A stretch of 52,214 nucleotides of DNA from Clostridia bacterium (GTDB taxonomy: Bacteria > Bacillota > Clostridia > Oscillospirales > CAG-272). The translations under genes and the position numbers were made by a program. Each line of letters starts with the position of its first letter. Positions within the stretch are counted from its first letter, which is position 1. Under the pieces are notes generated by a model, which ran no database searches, had not been told where the DNA came from, and saw only the letters and a program-made list of their open reading frames with translations. This document shows positions 26,851 to 37,949 of this stretch, piece after piece. The stretch spans positions 1 to 52,214 of the forward strand of contig JAFUPK010000033.1 of the NCBI GenBank assembly GCA_017481265.1. The letters run 5' to 3'.

Positions 26851-27783
26851 ATGGAAAAAGACGAAAAGCTCACTGCCTCAAGCGAAAACGAGAGCAGTGA
26901 CACAAATCCTACAAACGACAACCCTCAATACGATTCGCCGTGTAACAGCGCACCGTGTTGCGATTCCGACTATATACAGAATCTTGATGAGCCCATCGAA
27001 GCCGCCAAAGCTGATACTGAGCCCTCTGCTGACGATGGTGAACTCGGAGTAGATACTGCACGTGAGGAGCTCTTTGCGGGCTTCGAAGAGACAGCTCTGC
27101 CTGATCTTTCGGATTATGATGAATCAAAAATAATCAGGGCAGACGGGAACTACGACGACAGCGATTTTTATGTTCAAGCCGAAAGAATGTCCACAGAGGA
27201 CAAAATGGTGAGCCTTTTTAAGAAGGGCGCCGCTGTTTTTGCGAGATCAGCCTTCGAATTTTTTGAGATGCTGGCACTGGTCACCGTGGTCATAGTCCTC
27301 TGCTTCTCCTTTATATTCCGACTCAATATTGTTGAGGGTCCTTCAATGGAGGATACACTCCACACAGGCGAATATCTCATAGTGTCCGATCTGTTTTATG
27401 ACCCAACGCCCGGAGATATCATTGTTGTACATGACCTGACAGCCGGTGTTTACACAGACCCCATCGTCAAGCGAGTTATCGCTACCGAGGGACAGACCGT
27501 GGATATTGATTTTTCATCATGGACGCTGACAGTTGACGGAAAGGTAATTGACGAGAGCTCCTACCGCAAGATAGTAGACCATCTTGTAACAGCAAATGTG
27601 TCATTCCCCGTGACTGTTCCCGAAAATTCAGTGTTCGTTCTCGGAGACAACCGAAATCATTCCGCAGACAGCCGAGTTGCCGAGATCGGCATGATCGATG
27701 AACGATGCGTTGTGGGAAAGGTTTATGCGCGTATTTTCCCCTTCAACACCTTCAAAGTATTCAAAAATCCTTATAACAACTGA
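26851..27783 (+). CDS. lepB: signal peptidase I with a ~135-aa acidic low-complexity N-terminal extension
   Basis: The catalytic Ser box is GPSMEDTL. KRVIA and the C-terminal VLGDNRNHSADSR box are present. A single TM precedes the catalytic domain. Confidence 0.85.
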   Translation: MEKDEKLTASSENESSDTNPTNDNPQYDSPCNSAPCCDSDYIQNLDEPIEAAKADTEPSADDGELGVDTAREELFAGFEETALPDLSDYDESKIIRADGNYDDSDFYVQAERMSTEDKMVSLFKKGAAVFARSAFEFFEMLALVTVVIVLCFSFIFRLNIVEGPSMEDTLHTGEYLIVSDLFYDPTPGDIIVVHDLTAGVYTDPIVKRVIATEGQTVDIDFSSWTLTVDGKVIDESSYRKIVDHLVTANVSFPVTVPENSVFVLGDNRNHSADSRVAEIGMIDERCVVGKVYARIFPFNTFKVFKNPYNN

Positions 27784-27796
27784 TACGGAGGCTGAA

Positions 27797-28669
27797 ATGC
27801 CGTCACAAAATATACAGTGGTTCCCGGGGCATATGGCGAAAACACGCCGCCTTATCTCCGAGAGCATTAAGCTCGTGGACATCGTAATCGAGCTTTTAGA
27901 TGCAAGAATACCCCACAGTTCAAAAAACCCGGAGATCGCAGCGCTGTGTGCAAACCGCCCTATACTAACCCTTTTCAATAAAGCCGGACTTGCCGACAAG
28001 GCAGTTACACGCTGTTGGATGGATGCCTACAAGGCTGCAGGCGGTCATGCGCTTGCCATAGACTGCGTTACGGGCGAAGGACTCAAAAGCATTGCTCCCG
28101 CCTGCCGCGAGATACTCAAAGAAAAGCTTGAACGTTATGAGTCCAAGGGAATGGCAGGCAGAAAGATCCGTGCCATGATCGTGGGCATCCCAAACGTTGG
28201 TAAATCCTCCCTTGTAAACAAGCTCAGCGGATCAAAAAAAGCTCGTGTTGAGGACAGACCGGGTGTCACCCTCTCCAAGCAGTGGGTAACAACTAATATC
28301 GGTATCGAGCTTCTTGATATGCCGGGTATTCTTTGGCCCAAATTTGAAGATGAAACAATAGGTGAAAACCTTGCATTTACAGGTGCCATAAAGGACGCTA
28401 TACTTGACACGGAAACACTTGCCGGTCTGCTCTGCGAAAGGCTCCTGAATGCGGCGGGAGATAAATTCTGTGCAAGATACAAGCTGGACGCGGCAAAGCT
28501 TGAGGGTTTGAAGCCCCATGAGCTTCTTGCGGCAGTCGCAAGAAAGCGCGGATTCCTTATCTCAGGCGGCGAGCTTGATACCGAGCGTGCCGCAGCAATC
28601 GTCCTTGACGAGTTCAGAAGCTCAAAGATCGGGTATATCTCCCTTGAAAAGCCCGAAGCAGACAGATAA
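27797..28669 (+). CDS. rbgA: ribosome biogenesis GTPase A (YlqF/RbgA)
   Basis: IQWFPGHMAKTRR is the start motif. The GTPase is circularly permuted (NKADL-like NKAGL, then GIPNVGKSSLVN). The start is the ATG at 27797, not ORF-track 27698. Confidence 0.9.
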   Translation: MPSQNIQWFPGHMAKTRRLISESIKLVDIVIELLDARIPHSSKNPEIAALCANRPILTLFNKAGLADKAVTRCWMDAYKAAGGHALAIDCVTGEGLKSIAPACREILKEKLERYESKGMAGRKIRAMIVGIPNVGKSSLVNKLSGSKKARVEDRPGVTLSKQWVTTNIGIELLDMPGILWPKFEDETIGENLAFTGAIKDAILDTETLAGLLCERLLNAAGDKFCARYKLDAAKLEGLKPHELLAAVARKRGFLISGGELDTERAAAIVLDEFRSSKIGYISLEKPEADR

Positions 28670-28680
28670 CGGAGAGGCTT

Positions 28681-29328
28681 ATGGACAATTATTTTGACAA
28701 GCAGTTTCTTTCGGATTCGGTGCGCGTGATATGCGGTGTTGACGAAGCCGGCAGAGGTCCCCTTGCAGGCCCTGTAGTTGCCGGAGCCTGCGTGCTTCCC
28801 GAAAACTGCGAGATCGAGTTTTTAAACGACTCAAAAAAGCTTTCCGAAAAGAAACGCGACGCGCTTTACGATGTGATCACAGAAAAGGCGCTCTTTTGGG
28901 GCGTAGGTATCGCAAGCGAAAAAGAGATCGACGAGATCAATATTTTAGAGGCTTCTCTTCTCGCTATGAGACGTGCCATCGAAGCATCGGGCGTATCAGC
29001 TGACCTTGTTCTTGTAGACGGAAACGTGGATCGCGGATTTAAAGAAAAAGCAATAGCTGTAATCGGAGGAGATGCGCTGTCTCCATCTATTGCCGCAGCT
29101 TCCATTATTGCCAAGGTCACACGTGACAGAATGATGGCTGAGCTTGACCGTGAATACCCGGGCTACGGGCTTGCAGGTCACAAGGGTTACCCTACCAAGG
29201 CTCACAAGCTTGCTGTTTACAGACTCGGCGCCTCAAGCTGTCACAGAAAGTCCTTTCTTTCATTCCTTGAGCGTGACCGTGAGAAGCTTGCCCTTTGGGA
29301 TGCCGAGGATAAGGCAAAGCAAAAGTAA
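28681..29328 (+). CDS. rnhB: ribonuclease HII
   Basis: GVDEAGRGPLAGPVVAGA and DSKKLS motifs. The conserved ylqF-rnhB synteny is present. Confidence 0.92.
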   Translation: MDNYFDKQFLSDSVRVICGVDEAGRGPLAGPVVAGACVLPENCEIEFLNDSKKLSEKKRDALYDVITEKALFWGVGIASEKEIDEINILEASLLAMRRAIEASGVSADLVLVDGNVDRGFKEKAIAVIGGDALSPSIAAASIIAKVTRDRMMAELDREYPGYGLAGHKGYPTKAHKLAVYRLGASSCHRKSFLSFLERDREKLALWDAEDKAKQK

Positions 29329-29379
29329 AAAAGCACGCATATAATTAACATATAAGTGTAGCTGAAAGGCGTTTACATA

Positions 29380-29772
29380 ATGGACAACCGAAGCTTCGGC
29401 CGTGTCGGCGAAAATTCTGCTGCTCTCTATCTTCAAGAAAAGGGATTCAATATCATCGGACGCAATGTATACGTTGGCAGATGCGAGATCGACATTATTG
29501 CAGAAAACGGTGATCTTCTCTTATTCGTTGAGGTCAAAACGCGACGGCAAAAGCCCGATGTAAAAAGCATCTACGGACGTCCCGCATCGGCTGTAGACCG
29601 AGAGAAAAGGGAAAACCTTCTTTCTGCCGCAAGGCGTTATCTCTACGAAAACCGCAAGTCCACCGAAGCTTATCAGCCGAGGATAGATATAATCGAGGTC
29701 TATGTTGATCCCTCTGATAAAGTGTACCGAGTTCTTGATATACGGCATTTTCCAAATGCAGTACACGGGTGA
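29380..29772 (+). CDS. YraN family (UPF0102) predicted endonuclease
   Basis: GEN.AALYLQEKGFNIIGRNV..GRCEIDIIAENGDLLLFVEVKTR is the family signature. Confidence 0.85.
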   Translation: MDNRSFGRVGENSAALYLQEKGFNIIGRNVYVGRCEIDIIAENGDLLLFVEVKTRRQKPDVKSIYGRPASAVDREKRENLLSAARRYLYENRKSTEAYQPRIDIIEVYVDPSDKVYRVLDIRHFPNAVHG

Positions 29773-29916
29773 AAGTTTGAAAATTAAGTACGTTTAAAGC
29801 GTACGTCAGCTTTTTCAAACCCATTTGTGCCCCCGCGACAAAAGACGGTCGGCATTTTTCGCAGCCTTAAGGCTGTGAAAGAGCGTCACAAATCAAAGAA
29901 AGGTATAGTCGTAACC

Positions 29917-30843
29917 GTGAAATACACCGATCTGCACTGTGATACACCTTACGAGCTGTTTGTAAGAGGCGAAAAGCTCAGAAAAGCTTCAACGGACGTA
30001 GATCTCGAAAAGCTTTCGATCTTTGAACGCTACGTCCAGCTTGCCGCGTACTGTGCTCCCGAGGGTATCGGTAACGACGAGGCATACGCGCTGTTTTTTA
30101 AGGTCATATCCTACTTCAAAAGCGAAGTGCTCGCAAATGATTGCAGGATATGCAAAAGCTCACATGATCTGTGTTCTGCCGTTTCGGAAGGTAGGCGCGC
30201 TTTCGTCCTCACACTTGAGGATGCGCGTATAACGGACGGCAATATCTCTCGGCTTGACACCATTTATAATGAAGGTGTCAGAGTGATCACACCACTTTGG
30301 GGAGGCTTGACCTGTATCGGCGGCTCACATGAGGCAACAGAAGGACTCACCGAATTCGGCAAGGAGCTTTTAAGCCGTTCTTTTGAGCTTGGCATGATCG
30401 TTGACATCTCACATGCGTCTGAGCATTCGGCAAATGATATTTTAGACATTGCCGAAGGATCAGGCGGTCATGTTATGGCAAGCCACTCCTGCGCCTACAG
30501 CATAAATCCACATTCAAGAAACCTACGGGATCCACAGCTTTCCCGCCTTGCAGAGCTTGGCGGAATCGTTGGAGTGAATCTCTATCCCCCACATCTTACG
30601 GGTAATACAGCCTCCCTTTCGGATGCTGTTCACCATATACTTCATTTTGTCAACATTGCAGGTGAGGACGCAGTTGCCCTCGGCTGTGACTTTGACGGAA
30701 TGGGAATCTACACTGACGGCGGCGAAAACGTTTCGTCGATACCGTCACTCCACAGAGAAATGAGATCAAGTGGCATGAGCTCGTCTCTCTGCGAAAAAGT
30801 ACTTTTCCAAAACGCATATGACTTTTTGACGCGAAGCCTTTGA
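29917..30843 (+). CDS. membrane dipeptidase family (peptidase M19) protein
   Basis: DLHCDTP, VDISHAS and a GCDFDG-like block are present. The start is uncertain: the GTG at 29917 is preferred, and the ORF-track GTG at 29827 is possible. Confidence 0.7.
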   Translation: MKYTDLHCDTPYELFVRGEKLRKASTDVDLEKLSIFERYVQLAAYCAPEGIGNDEAYALFFKVISYFKSEVLANDCRICKSSHDLCSAVSEGRRAFVLTLEDARITDGNISRLDTIYNEGVRVITPLWGGLTCIGGSHEATEGLTEFGKELLSRSFELGMIVDISHASEHSANDILDIAEGSGGHVMASHSCAYSINPHSRNLRDPQLSRLAELGGIVGVNLYPPHLTGNTASLSDAVHHILHFVNIAGEDAVALGCDFDGMGIYTDGGENVSSIPSLHREMRSSGMSSSLCEKVLFQNAYDFLTRSL

Positions 30844-30891
30844 GACCTAACCACCGCATATTTTTAAAAGAGGATAAAAGGAAGTAAAACA

Positions 30892-32376
30892 ATGAATTAC
30901 CGCAGTACAAGAGACACATTAAGCTCCCCCATTACTGTAAGCTCCGCCGAGGCGATCAAGAAAGGTCTTGCACCCGACGGAGGACTTTATATGCCCGATA
31001 TGATCCCCCGCCTTTCCAGCGTGGATATTGCGGCTCTCCGTCCCCTTCCCTATGCAGACCGCGCAGCATACATTCTGTCTATGTTCCTTACCGATTATGA
31101 TAAGGATGCACTTCTTGCAGACTGCCGCGAGGCTTATTCCGAGGAAAGATTCCCCGGAGGCGCCGCGCCCACAAAGAAGATCGACGATGTTCTCACATCC
31201 CTTGAGCTTTGGCACGGTCCCACCTGCGCCTTCAAGGATATGGCGCTCCAGATCATGCCCCGCCTTCTCTCCCGTGCTCTTACAATGACCGAGGAAACTC
31301 TCCGCGCCCACATTCTCGTTGCTACCTCCGGCGACACCGGTAAGGCAGCTCTTGAAGGATACCGCGATGTTCCCGGCGTTGACATCTCCGTATTCTATCC
31401 TGTTGACGGTGTAAGCCGTATGCAGAAGATGCAGATGACCACTCAGGAAGGTGAAAACGTAAACGTTTGTGCTGTAAGAGGAAACTTCGACGATGCACAG
31501 AACGGCGTTAAGGCAATCTTCTCCGACAAGTCTCTCGCTGAGAAGGCTCTTGAAGGCGGCCGCTTCTTCTCCAGCGCAAACTCCATCAACTGGGGACGTC
31601 TTGCGCCTCAGATCGTTTACTACATATCCGCATACTGCGATCTTATCGAAAACGGTACCATTGCTGACGGCGAGCAGATCAACGTTTGCGTTCCCACCGG
31701 TAACTTCGGTAACATCTTTGCCGCTTACATCGCACGTTACATGGGACTTCCCATCGCAAAGCTCATCTGTGCTTCCAACTCCAACTGCGTTCTCACAGAC
31801 TTCATCAGAACAGGTGTGTACGACAGAACCCGTGAGTTCTACAAGACCATGTCTCCCTCTATGGACATCCTTATCTCCAGCAACCTTGAGAGACTTCTCT
31901 ATGTTATCGGCGGCTCTGCCCTCACAAGCGAGCTCATGACCGAGCTGAAGGAATGTGGCAAGTACACAATGCCTGCATCTCTCCACGAGCGTATCCGCGA
32001 CGTGTTTGCCGGCTACTACCTCAATGAAGAAGAGACAAGCGCAACAGTCAAGGAAACATTCGAGAAGAACGGGTACCTTGCAGATACACATACCGCTGTC
32101 GGTATCGGCTGTGCTCGCAAGTACATCGCCGAAACAGGCGATACAAGACCCACCATCGTTGCCTCTACCGCAAGCCCCTACAAGTTCGCCGCTGACGTTG
32201 CAGCCGCTATCGGCAAGAAGATCGACTCCGACGAGCCTTCCGAAATACTTGCTTCTCTTTCCGAGGCTACAGGCACTGAGATCCCCGCACCTCTAAAGCG
32301 TACTCTCACTCTTCCTGTAAGATTCACACGTACTGTTGATCCCTCCGATATGCCCGAAGTGGCTCTCGGAAGATAA
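30892..32376 (+). CDS. thrC: threonine synthase (long form)
   Basis: The N-terminus is YRSTRD. The PLP lysine lies in GPTCAFKDMALQ. The length is 494 aa. Confidence 0.9.
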   Translation: MNYRSTRDTLSSPITVSSAEAIKKGLAPDGGLYMPDMIPRLSSVDIAALRPLPYADRAAYILSMFLTDYDKDALLADCREAYSEERFPGGAAPTKKIDDVLTSLELWHGPTCAFKDMALQIMPRLLSRALTMTEETLRAHILVATSGDTGKAALEGYRDVPGVDISVFYPVDGVSRMQKMQMTTQEGENVNVCAVRGNFDDAQNGVKAIFSDKSLAEKALEGGRFFSSANSINWGRLAPQIVYYISAYCDLIENGTIADGEQINVCVPTGNFGNIFAAYIARYMGLPIAKLICASNSNCVLTDFIRTGVYDRTREFYKTMSPSMDILISSNLERLLYVIGGSALTSELMTELKECGKYTMPASLHERIRDVFAGYYLNEEETSATVKETFEKNGYLADTHTAVGIGCARKYIAETGDTRPTIVASTASPYKFAADVAAAIGKKIDSDEPSEILASLSEATGTEIPAPLKRTLTLPVRFTRTVDPSDMPEVALGR

Positions 32377-32396
32377 CGCGGAAACAAGGTCATAAA

Positions 32397-33110
32397 ATGG
32401 CGCTGTTTTCAATTTCCGACCTTCATCTGTCCCTGTCTACCACAAAGCCTATGGATATCTTTGGACACAGGTGGCAGGGATATATGGGTAAGCTTGAAAA
32501 AAACTGGAGATCTGTAGTGAAGGACACTGATACGGTGGTTATCCCGGGTGATATCTCATGGGCAATGAAGCTTCACGAGGCAGAGCGTGACCTCAGATTT
32601 CTCGACAGTCTGCCCGGGCACAAGATAATCGGCAAGGGAAACCACGATTACTGGTGGACAACTGTCGGGAAAATGAAGTCAGCCTTTGATAATTGGGGTA
32701 TCACTACCATAGATTTTCTCCACAACAATGCTTACTCTGCAGAAGGATTCATTATCTGCGGAAGCCGCGGCTGGTTTCTTGAAGAACGGCTCCAAAATAT
32801 CGACGACGCAGACCACGCCACCGTATCCGCACGCGAGGTGCTGAGGCTTAAGGCAAGTCTCGATGAAGGGATCAAGCTGAAAGAAGCTGAGGGTGATAAA
32901 CCAATTCTTGTATACCTTCACTTTCCTCCCGTTTTCGGCGACTTCGTATGCCGTGAGATCACAGAGCTTCTAAAGGAATATCAAGTTGCAGAATGCTTCT
33001 ACGGACACCTTCACGGGAACTATAATTTGCCGAAAAGCTTCGACTTTGAAGGCGTAAAAATGACGATAATCGCCGCAGATCACCTTGATTTTATACCGCA
33101 TCTTACATAA
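32397..33110 (+). CDS. metallophosphoesterase (calcineurin-like phosphoesterase family)
   Basis: SDLHLS, GDISW, GNHDYWW and HLHG motifs. Confidence 0.8.
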   Translation: MALFSISDLHLSLSTTKPMDIFGHRWQGYMGKLEKNWRSVVKDTDTVVIPGDISWAMKLHEAERDLRFLDSLPGHKIIGKGNHDYWWTTVGKMKSAFDNWGITTIDFLHNNAYSAEGFIICGSRGWFLEERLQNIDDADHATVSAREVLRLKASLDEGIKLKEAEGDKPILVYLHFPPVFGDFVCREITELLKEYQVAECFYGHLHGNYNLPKSFDFEGVKMTIIAADHLDFIPHLT

Positions 33111-33190
33111 TGCAAGTAAATCCATGGGAGATTTTGTGATTTTGACCATGGAAGGCATAAAAAATCCCCAATAGTTTTTCATTTTGTTCA

Positions 33191-33219
33191 TTGACATATG
33201 GCACAAAAAATTATACAAT
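33191..33219 (+). promoter_or_regulatory. sigma-A-type promoter upstream of tig
   Basis: TTGACA, 17 nt, TACAAT. Confidence 0.6.
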
Positions 33220-33267
33220 ATTATAAGCCATAATTATATGTAAATAATTTCGGAGGACATAAAGACC

Positions 33268-34680
33268 ATGAGCATGAAAAAGACCGAACAGATCGGTGCA
33301 AACCAGTATTGCGTTACATTTGACGCACCCCGCGCAGACTTCGATGCAGCTCTCAATAAGGCTTACAAGAAGGCTGTTCGTAACATCACTATCCCCGGCT
33401 TCAGAAAGGGTAAGGCTCCCCGTGCTATCGTTGAGAAGATGTACGGCAAGGAAGTATTCTATGAGGATGCTGTAAACGAGCTCCTTCCCACAGCTTACGA
33501 GGATGCTATCAAGGATTTTGACAAGACTATCGTTTCCCGTCCTGAGTTCGATATCGAGACCATCGACGAAAACGGCGTTGTTCTTACAGCTAAGTTCTTC
33601 GTTAAGCCCGACGTTGAGATCAAGGATTACAAGGGTATCCCCGTTACCCGTAAGGTAGCTGAGGTTACCGATAAGGATATTGCAGATGAGCTCGACCGCG
33701 TTCGTAACCGCAACGCAAGAATGATCGAGATCACAGACCGCGCAGCTCAGACTGATGACGTTGTAAACTTCGACTACGAGGGCTTCGTTGACGGCGTTGC
33801 ATTTGACGGCGGCAAGGCTGAAGGTCATGACCTCAAGCTCGGCTCCGGTCAGTTTATCCCCGGCTTCGAGGATCAGATCGTTGGCCACGCAATCGGCGAG
33901 GACTTCGACGTAAACGTTACATTCCCCGAGGAGTATCACGCATCTGAGCTTGCAGGCAAGGCGGCTACCTTCAAGTGCCACCTCAACGCTATCAAGTTCA
34001 ATGAGCTTCCCGAGCTTGACGACGAGTTTGCTCGTGACGTTTCCGATTTTGATACTCTTGATGAATACAAGGCTGATATCAAGGCTAAAATCGAAGAGAG
34101 AAACAACAAGGCTGCTGACGCTGATGTTGAGGAGCAGATCATCGCTGCTCTCATCGAGAAGCTTGAGGCTGACATTCCCGAGGCTATGTTCGAAGCTGAG
34201 ACTGAGAACTTCGTTCGCGACTACGACTCCAGACTCCGTATGCAGGGACTTGACCTCGCTACTTACTTCAAGTACACAGGTCTTGACCTCGACGCTGTAA
34301 GAAAGCAGATGAGACCCGACGCTGAGCGTCAGGTTAAGACAAGACTTGCTCTTGAGAAGATCGCTGCTCTTGAGAACATCGAGATCACCGATGAAGAGAC
34401 TGAGGCAGAGTACACACGTCTTGCAGGTGCTTACGGCATGGAAGCAGACCAGGTTAAGGCTGCTGTTCCCGCTGAAGCTCTTGCTGAGGATCTCAAGGTC
34501 AAGAAGGCTGTTGATCTCGTAAAGGAAAGCGCAGCAGTTACCGAGGGCGAAACTGAGAAGCCCAAGGCAAAGCGTGCTCCCGCAAAGAGAAAGACAACAA
34601 AGAAGGCTGCAGCTCCTGCTGAGGAAGCTCCCGTCGAGGAGACTCCCGCTGAGGCTCCCGCAACCGAGGAGGCTGAGTAA
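33268..34680 (+). CDS. tig: trigger factor, with a ~45-aa Lys/Ala/Pro/Glu-rich C-terminal tail
   Basis: [18 protein letters not shown] is the ribosome-binding signature. A central FKBP-type block is present ([13 protein letters not shown]). It lies upstream of clpP-clpX. Confidence 0.93.
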   Translation: MSMKKTEQIGANQYCVTFDAPRADFDAALNKAYKKAVRNITIPGFRKGKAPRAIVEKMYGKEVFYEDAVNELLPTAYEDAIKDFDKTIVSRPEFDIETIDENGVVLTAKFFVKPDVEIKDYKGIPVTRKVAEVTDKDIADELDRVRNRNARMIEITDRAAQTDDVVNFDYEGFVDGVAFDGGKAEGHDLKLGSGQFIPGFEDQIVGHAIGEDFDVNVTFPEEYHASELAGKAATFKCHLNAIKFNELPELDDEFARDVSDFDTLDEYKADIKAKIEERNNKAADADVEEQIIAALIEKLEADIPEAMFEAETENFVRDYDSRLRMQGLDLATYFKYTGLDLDAVRKQMRPDAERQVKTRLALEKIAALENIEITDEETEAEYTRLAGAYGMEADQVKAAVPAEALAEDLKVKKAVDLVKESAAVTEGETEKPKAKRAPAKRKTTKKAAAPAEEAPVEETPAEAPATEEAE

Positions 34681-34691
34681 TCACGCTTTTA

Positions 34692-34720
34692 AGTGCCGCT
34701 GTCAAGTTGACAGCGGCACT
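34692..34720 (+). terminator. strong hairpin between tig and clpP (possible partial terminator or attenuator)
   Basis: AGTGCCGCTGTCA-AGT-TGACAGCGGCACT. No clean T-run follows. Confidence 0.45.
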
Positions 34721-34786
34721 AATAAAATACAGGAACTATTATTTCCGTACATTCCCCGAATATTAAAGAAAGAGGTGAAATTCACT

Positions 34787-35371
34787 ATGGCACTTGTACC
34801 AATGGTAGTAGAACAGACAAACAGAGGCGAGCGTTCTTACGACATTTATTCCCGTCTCCTTAACGACCGTATCATTATCCTCTCTGATGAGGTCAACGAT
34901 GCTACAGCATCTCTTGTTGTAGCCCAGCTCCTTTATCTTGAGGCGCAGGATCCCGACAAGGATATTTATCTCTACATCAACAGCCCCGGGGGCTCCGTTT
35001 CCGCAGGTATGGCTATCTATGACACAATGAATTACATCAAATGCGATGTTTCCACCATCTGCATCGGCATGGCGGCAAGCATGGGTGCATTCCTTCTCTC
35101 TTCCGGTACCAAGGGTAAGAGATTTGCACTTCCCAACAGCGAGATCATGATCCATCAGCCTCTCGGCGGTGCTCAGGGTCAGGCTTCCGACATCAAGATC
35201 CATGCAGAGCATATTCTCCGCACAAGAGATAACCTCAACAATATTCTTGCGGCTAACACCGGCCGTCCCATTGAGGACATCCGCCGAGACACAGAGCGTG
35301 ACAACTTCATGCGTGCCGCAGAAGCCTGCGAGTACGGTCTCATTGACAAGGTAATCGACCGCCACGCGTAA
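34787..35371 (+). CDS. clpP: ATP-dependent Clp protease proteolytic subunit
   Basis: [25 protein letters not shown], and a catalytic GMAASMG serine context. The start is the ATG at 34787 with a GAGGTGA RBS, not ORF-track 34574. Confidence 0.95.
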   Translation: MALVPMVVEQTNRGERSYDIYSRLLNDRIIILSDEVNDATASLVVAQLLYLEAQDPDKDIYLYINSPGGSVSAGMAIYDTMNYIKCDVSTICIGMAASMGAFLLSSGTKGKRFALPNSEIMIHQPLGGAQGQASDIKIHAEHILRTRDNLNNILAANTGRPIEDIRRDTERDNFMRAAEACEYGLIDKVIDRHA

Positions 35372-35418
35372 AATTATCTAAACACTAACTCAGCCGACAT
35401 CGGCGATTGGAGATATAC

Positions 35419-36681
<1,263 letters not shown>

Positions 36682-36692
36682 GTGAAAAGGTG

Positions 36693-36833
36693 CTGTCACA
36701 TTTTGATAAATAAACGGCAACACGCCCAATGATGCGTAGGGACCGGCGTACCTGTCGGTCCGTTTCGTTGGACTAAGACATATTATGTGTCTTTAATCCT
36801 TCGTTACGGACCGTCTGGATTGTCGGTCCCTAC
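36693..36833 (+). repeat. ~140-nt structured repeat (GTAGGGAC...GTCCCTAC type), copy A
   Basis: CTGTCACATT...CGGCAA...CGTAGGGACCG-loop-CGGTCC...AAGACAT-loop-ATGTGTCTT...GGACCG-loop-CGGTCCCTAC. It has the same architecture as 37950-38108. It appears to sit within the clpX terminator stem (GGTGCTGTC...GACAGCC followed by a T-run at about 36860-36885). Confidence 0.75.
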
Positions 36834-36918
36834 AGATATTTTGCATTTTTACCTTAGTGCGACAGCCTCATTTCTTTTTGTTTTTAGTATACCGTCAAAT
36901 CAGTATGGTACATCTCAC

Positions 36919-36947
36919 TTGTATTATAAGAACAAATATGATATAAT
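36919..36947 (+). promoter_or_regulatory. sigma-A-type promoter of the orphan ATPase gene
   Basis: TTGTAT, 17 nt, TATAAT, within AT-rich DNA. Confidence 0.5.
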
Positions 36948-37008
36948 GAATTAACAGAAAAATTACTGAAATATAGTATAGCGTGCAAAAGGATGAGGTT
37001 AATTCGAC

Positions 37009-37896
37009 ATGATATATTTACAGAGCTTTCAAATGCCTACGAGAGATGACGAAGATAACTACTTCATCAATCCCGGAAATTTCAAGGCAAAAATGACCCA
37101 TTATACAACAAAATATCCTTTTGACCTGTTTCGTCACAGAGACTTGCCTGAATTCTATTTTTCCGATATAACTGTATTTTGTGGAAATAACGGATGTGGC
37201 AAAAGCAGTATTTTGAATGTTATTGCAGAAAAACTATCCCTTGAACGAAATACTCCTTATAATCGTTCCCCTTTTTTCGAGGACTATGTAGCCTTGTGTA
37301 ATTATCAGCTTGATAGATCTATTCCAAAGGACAGCAAAATCATCACAAGTGACGGCGTATTTGAAAAAGTTCTTGACATTCGTCGTATCAATGATGGCAT
37401 TGATAGTAAAAGAGCTGATCTGATTGATGAATATATTGAAGAAAACAGTCCTAATGCGCCCCCTAATCGCTTACAAGGATTAGACGATTACGACAGGTGG
37501 AAACGCACAAATGATATGAGGAATAAAAACCGAAGTCAATCTCGCTTTCTCAAGGAAAATCTGATGCGGAATATACAAGAACGTTCTAACGGAGAGAGTG
37601 CGCTATCATATTTTGTAGATTCGATCCAAGAGAATGCTTTGTATCTTTTAGATGAGCCTGAAAACAGTCTGTCACCGCAAAATCAATTACAACTGAAATA
37701 TTTCATTGAAGATTCTGTTCGAAATTACGGATGTCAATTTATTATTTCTACTCACTCTCCGTTTTTGCTTTCTTTAAAAGGGGCAAGTATATATAACATA
37801 GACGAAAATCCACCTACGCAGAGAAAATGGACAGAACTTGATTGTGTCAAAGTATATTATGAGTTTTTTATGGAATATTGCGATAAATTTCAGTAA
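37009..37896 (+). CDS. orphan ABC/SMC-type P-loop ATPase (AAA_21-like); no transporter or nuclease partner
   Basis: Walker A is GNNGCGKSS. The signature-like motif is SNGES. Walker B is LYLLDEPENSL. The H-loop is STHSP. The gene is visibly AT-richer than its neighbours. Confidence 0.75.
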   Translation: MIYLQSFQMPTRDDEDNYFINPGNFKAKMTHYTTKYPFDLFRHRDLPEFYFSDITVFCGNNGCGKSSILNVIAEKLSLERNTPYNRSPFFEDYVALCNYQLDRSIPKDSKIITSDGVFEKVLDIRRINDGIDSKRADLIDEYIEENSPNAPPNRLQGLDDYDRWKRTNDMRNKNRSQSRFLKENLMRNIQERSNGESALSYFVDSIQENALYLLDEPENSLSPQNQLQLKYFIEDSVRNYGCQFIISTHSPFLLSLKGASIYNIDENPPTQRKWTELDCVKVYYEFFMEYCDKFQ

Positions 37897-37949
37897 AATT
37901 TAGTCAATAAAAAATCATGTATACTATCATAAAATAGGCAAATAAGGGA

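Noticed and set aside
30919-32091. A 390-aa minus-strand ORF, with similar long antisense ORFs at 3426-4298, 8178-9047, 22939-23706, 33211-33981, 34763-35365, 36034-36729 and 49530-50468.
   Set aside because: Each lies fully antisense to a confidently identified housekeeping gene (thrC, ogt/nagA, nagB, ssb/rpsR, tig, clpP, clpX, pheT). The strong codon bias of those genes suppresses stops in the opposite frame. The products are Cys/Val/Gly-rich with no motifs or RBS.
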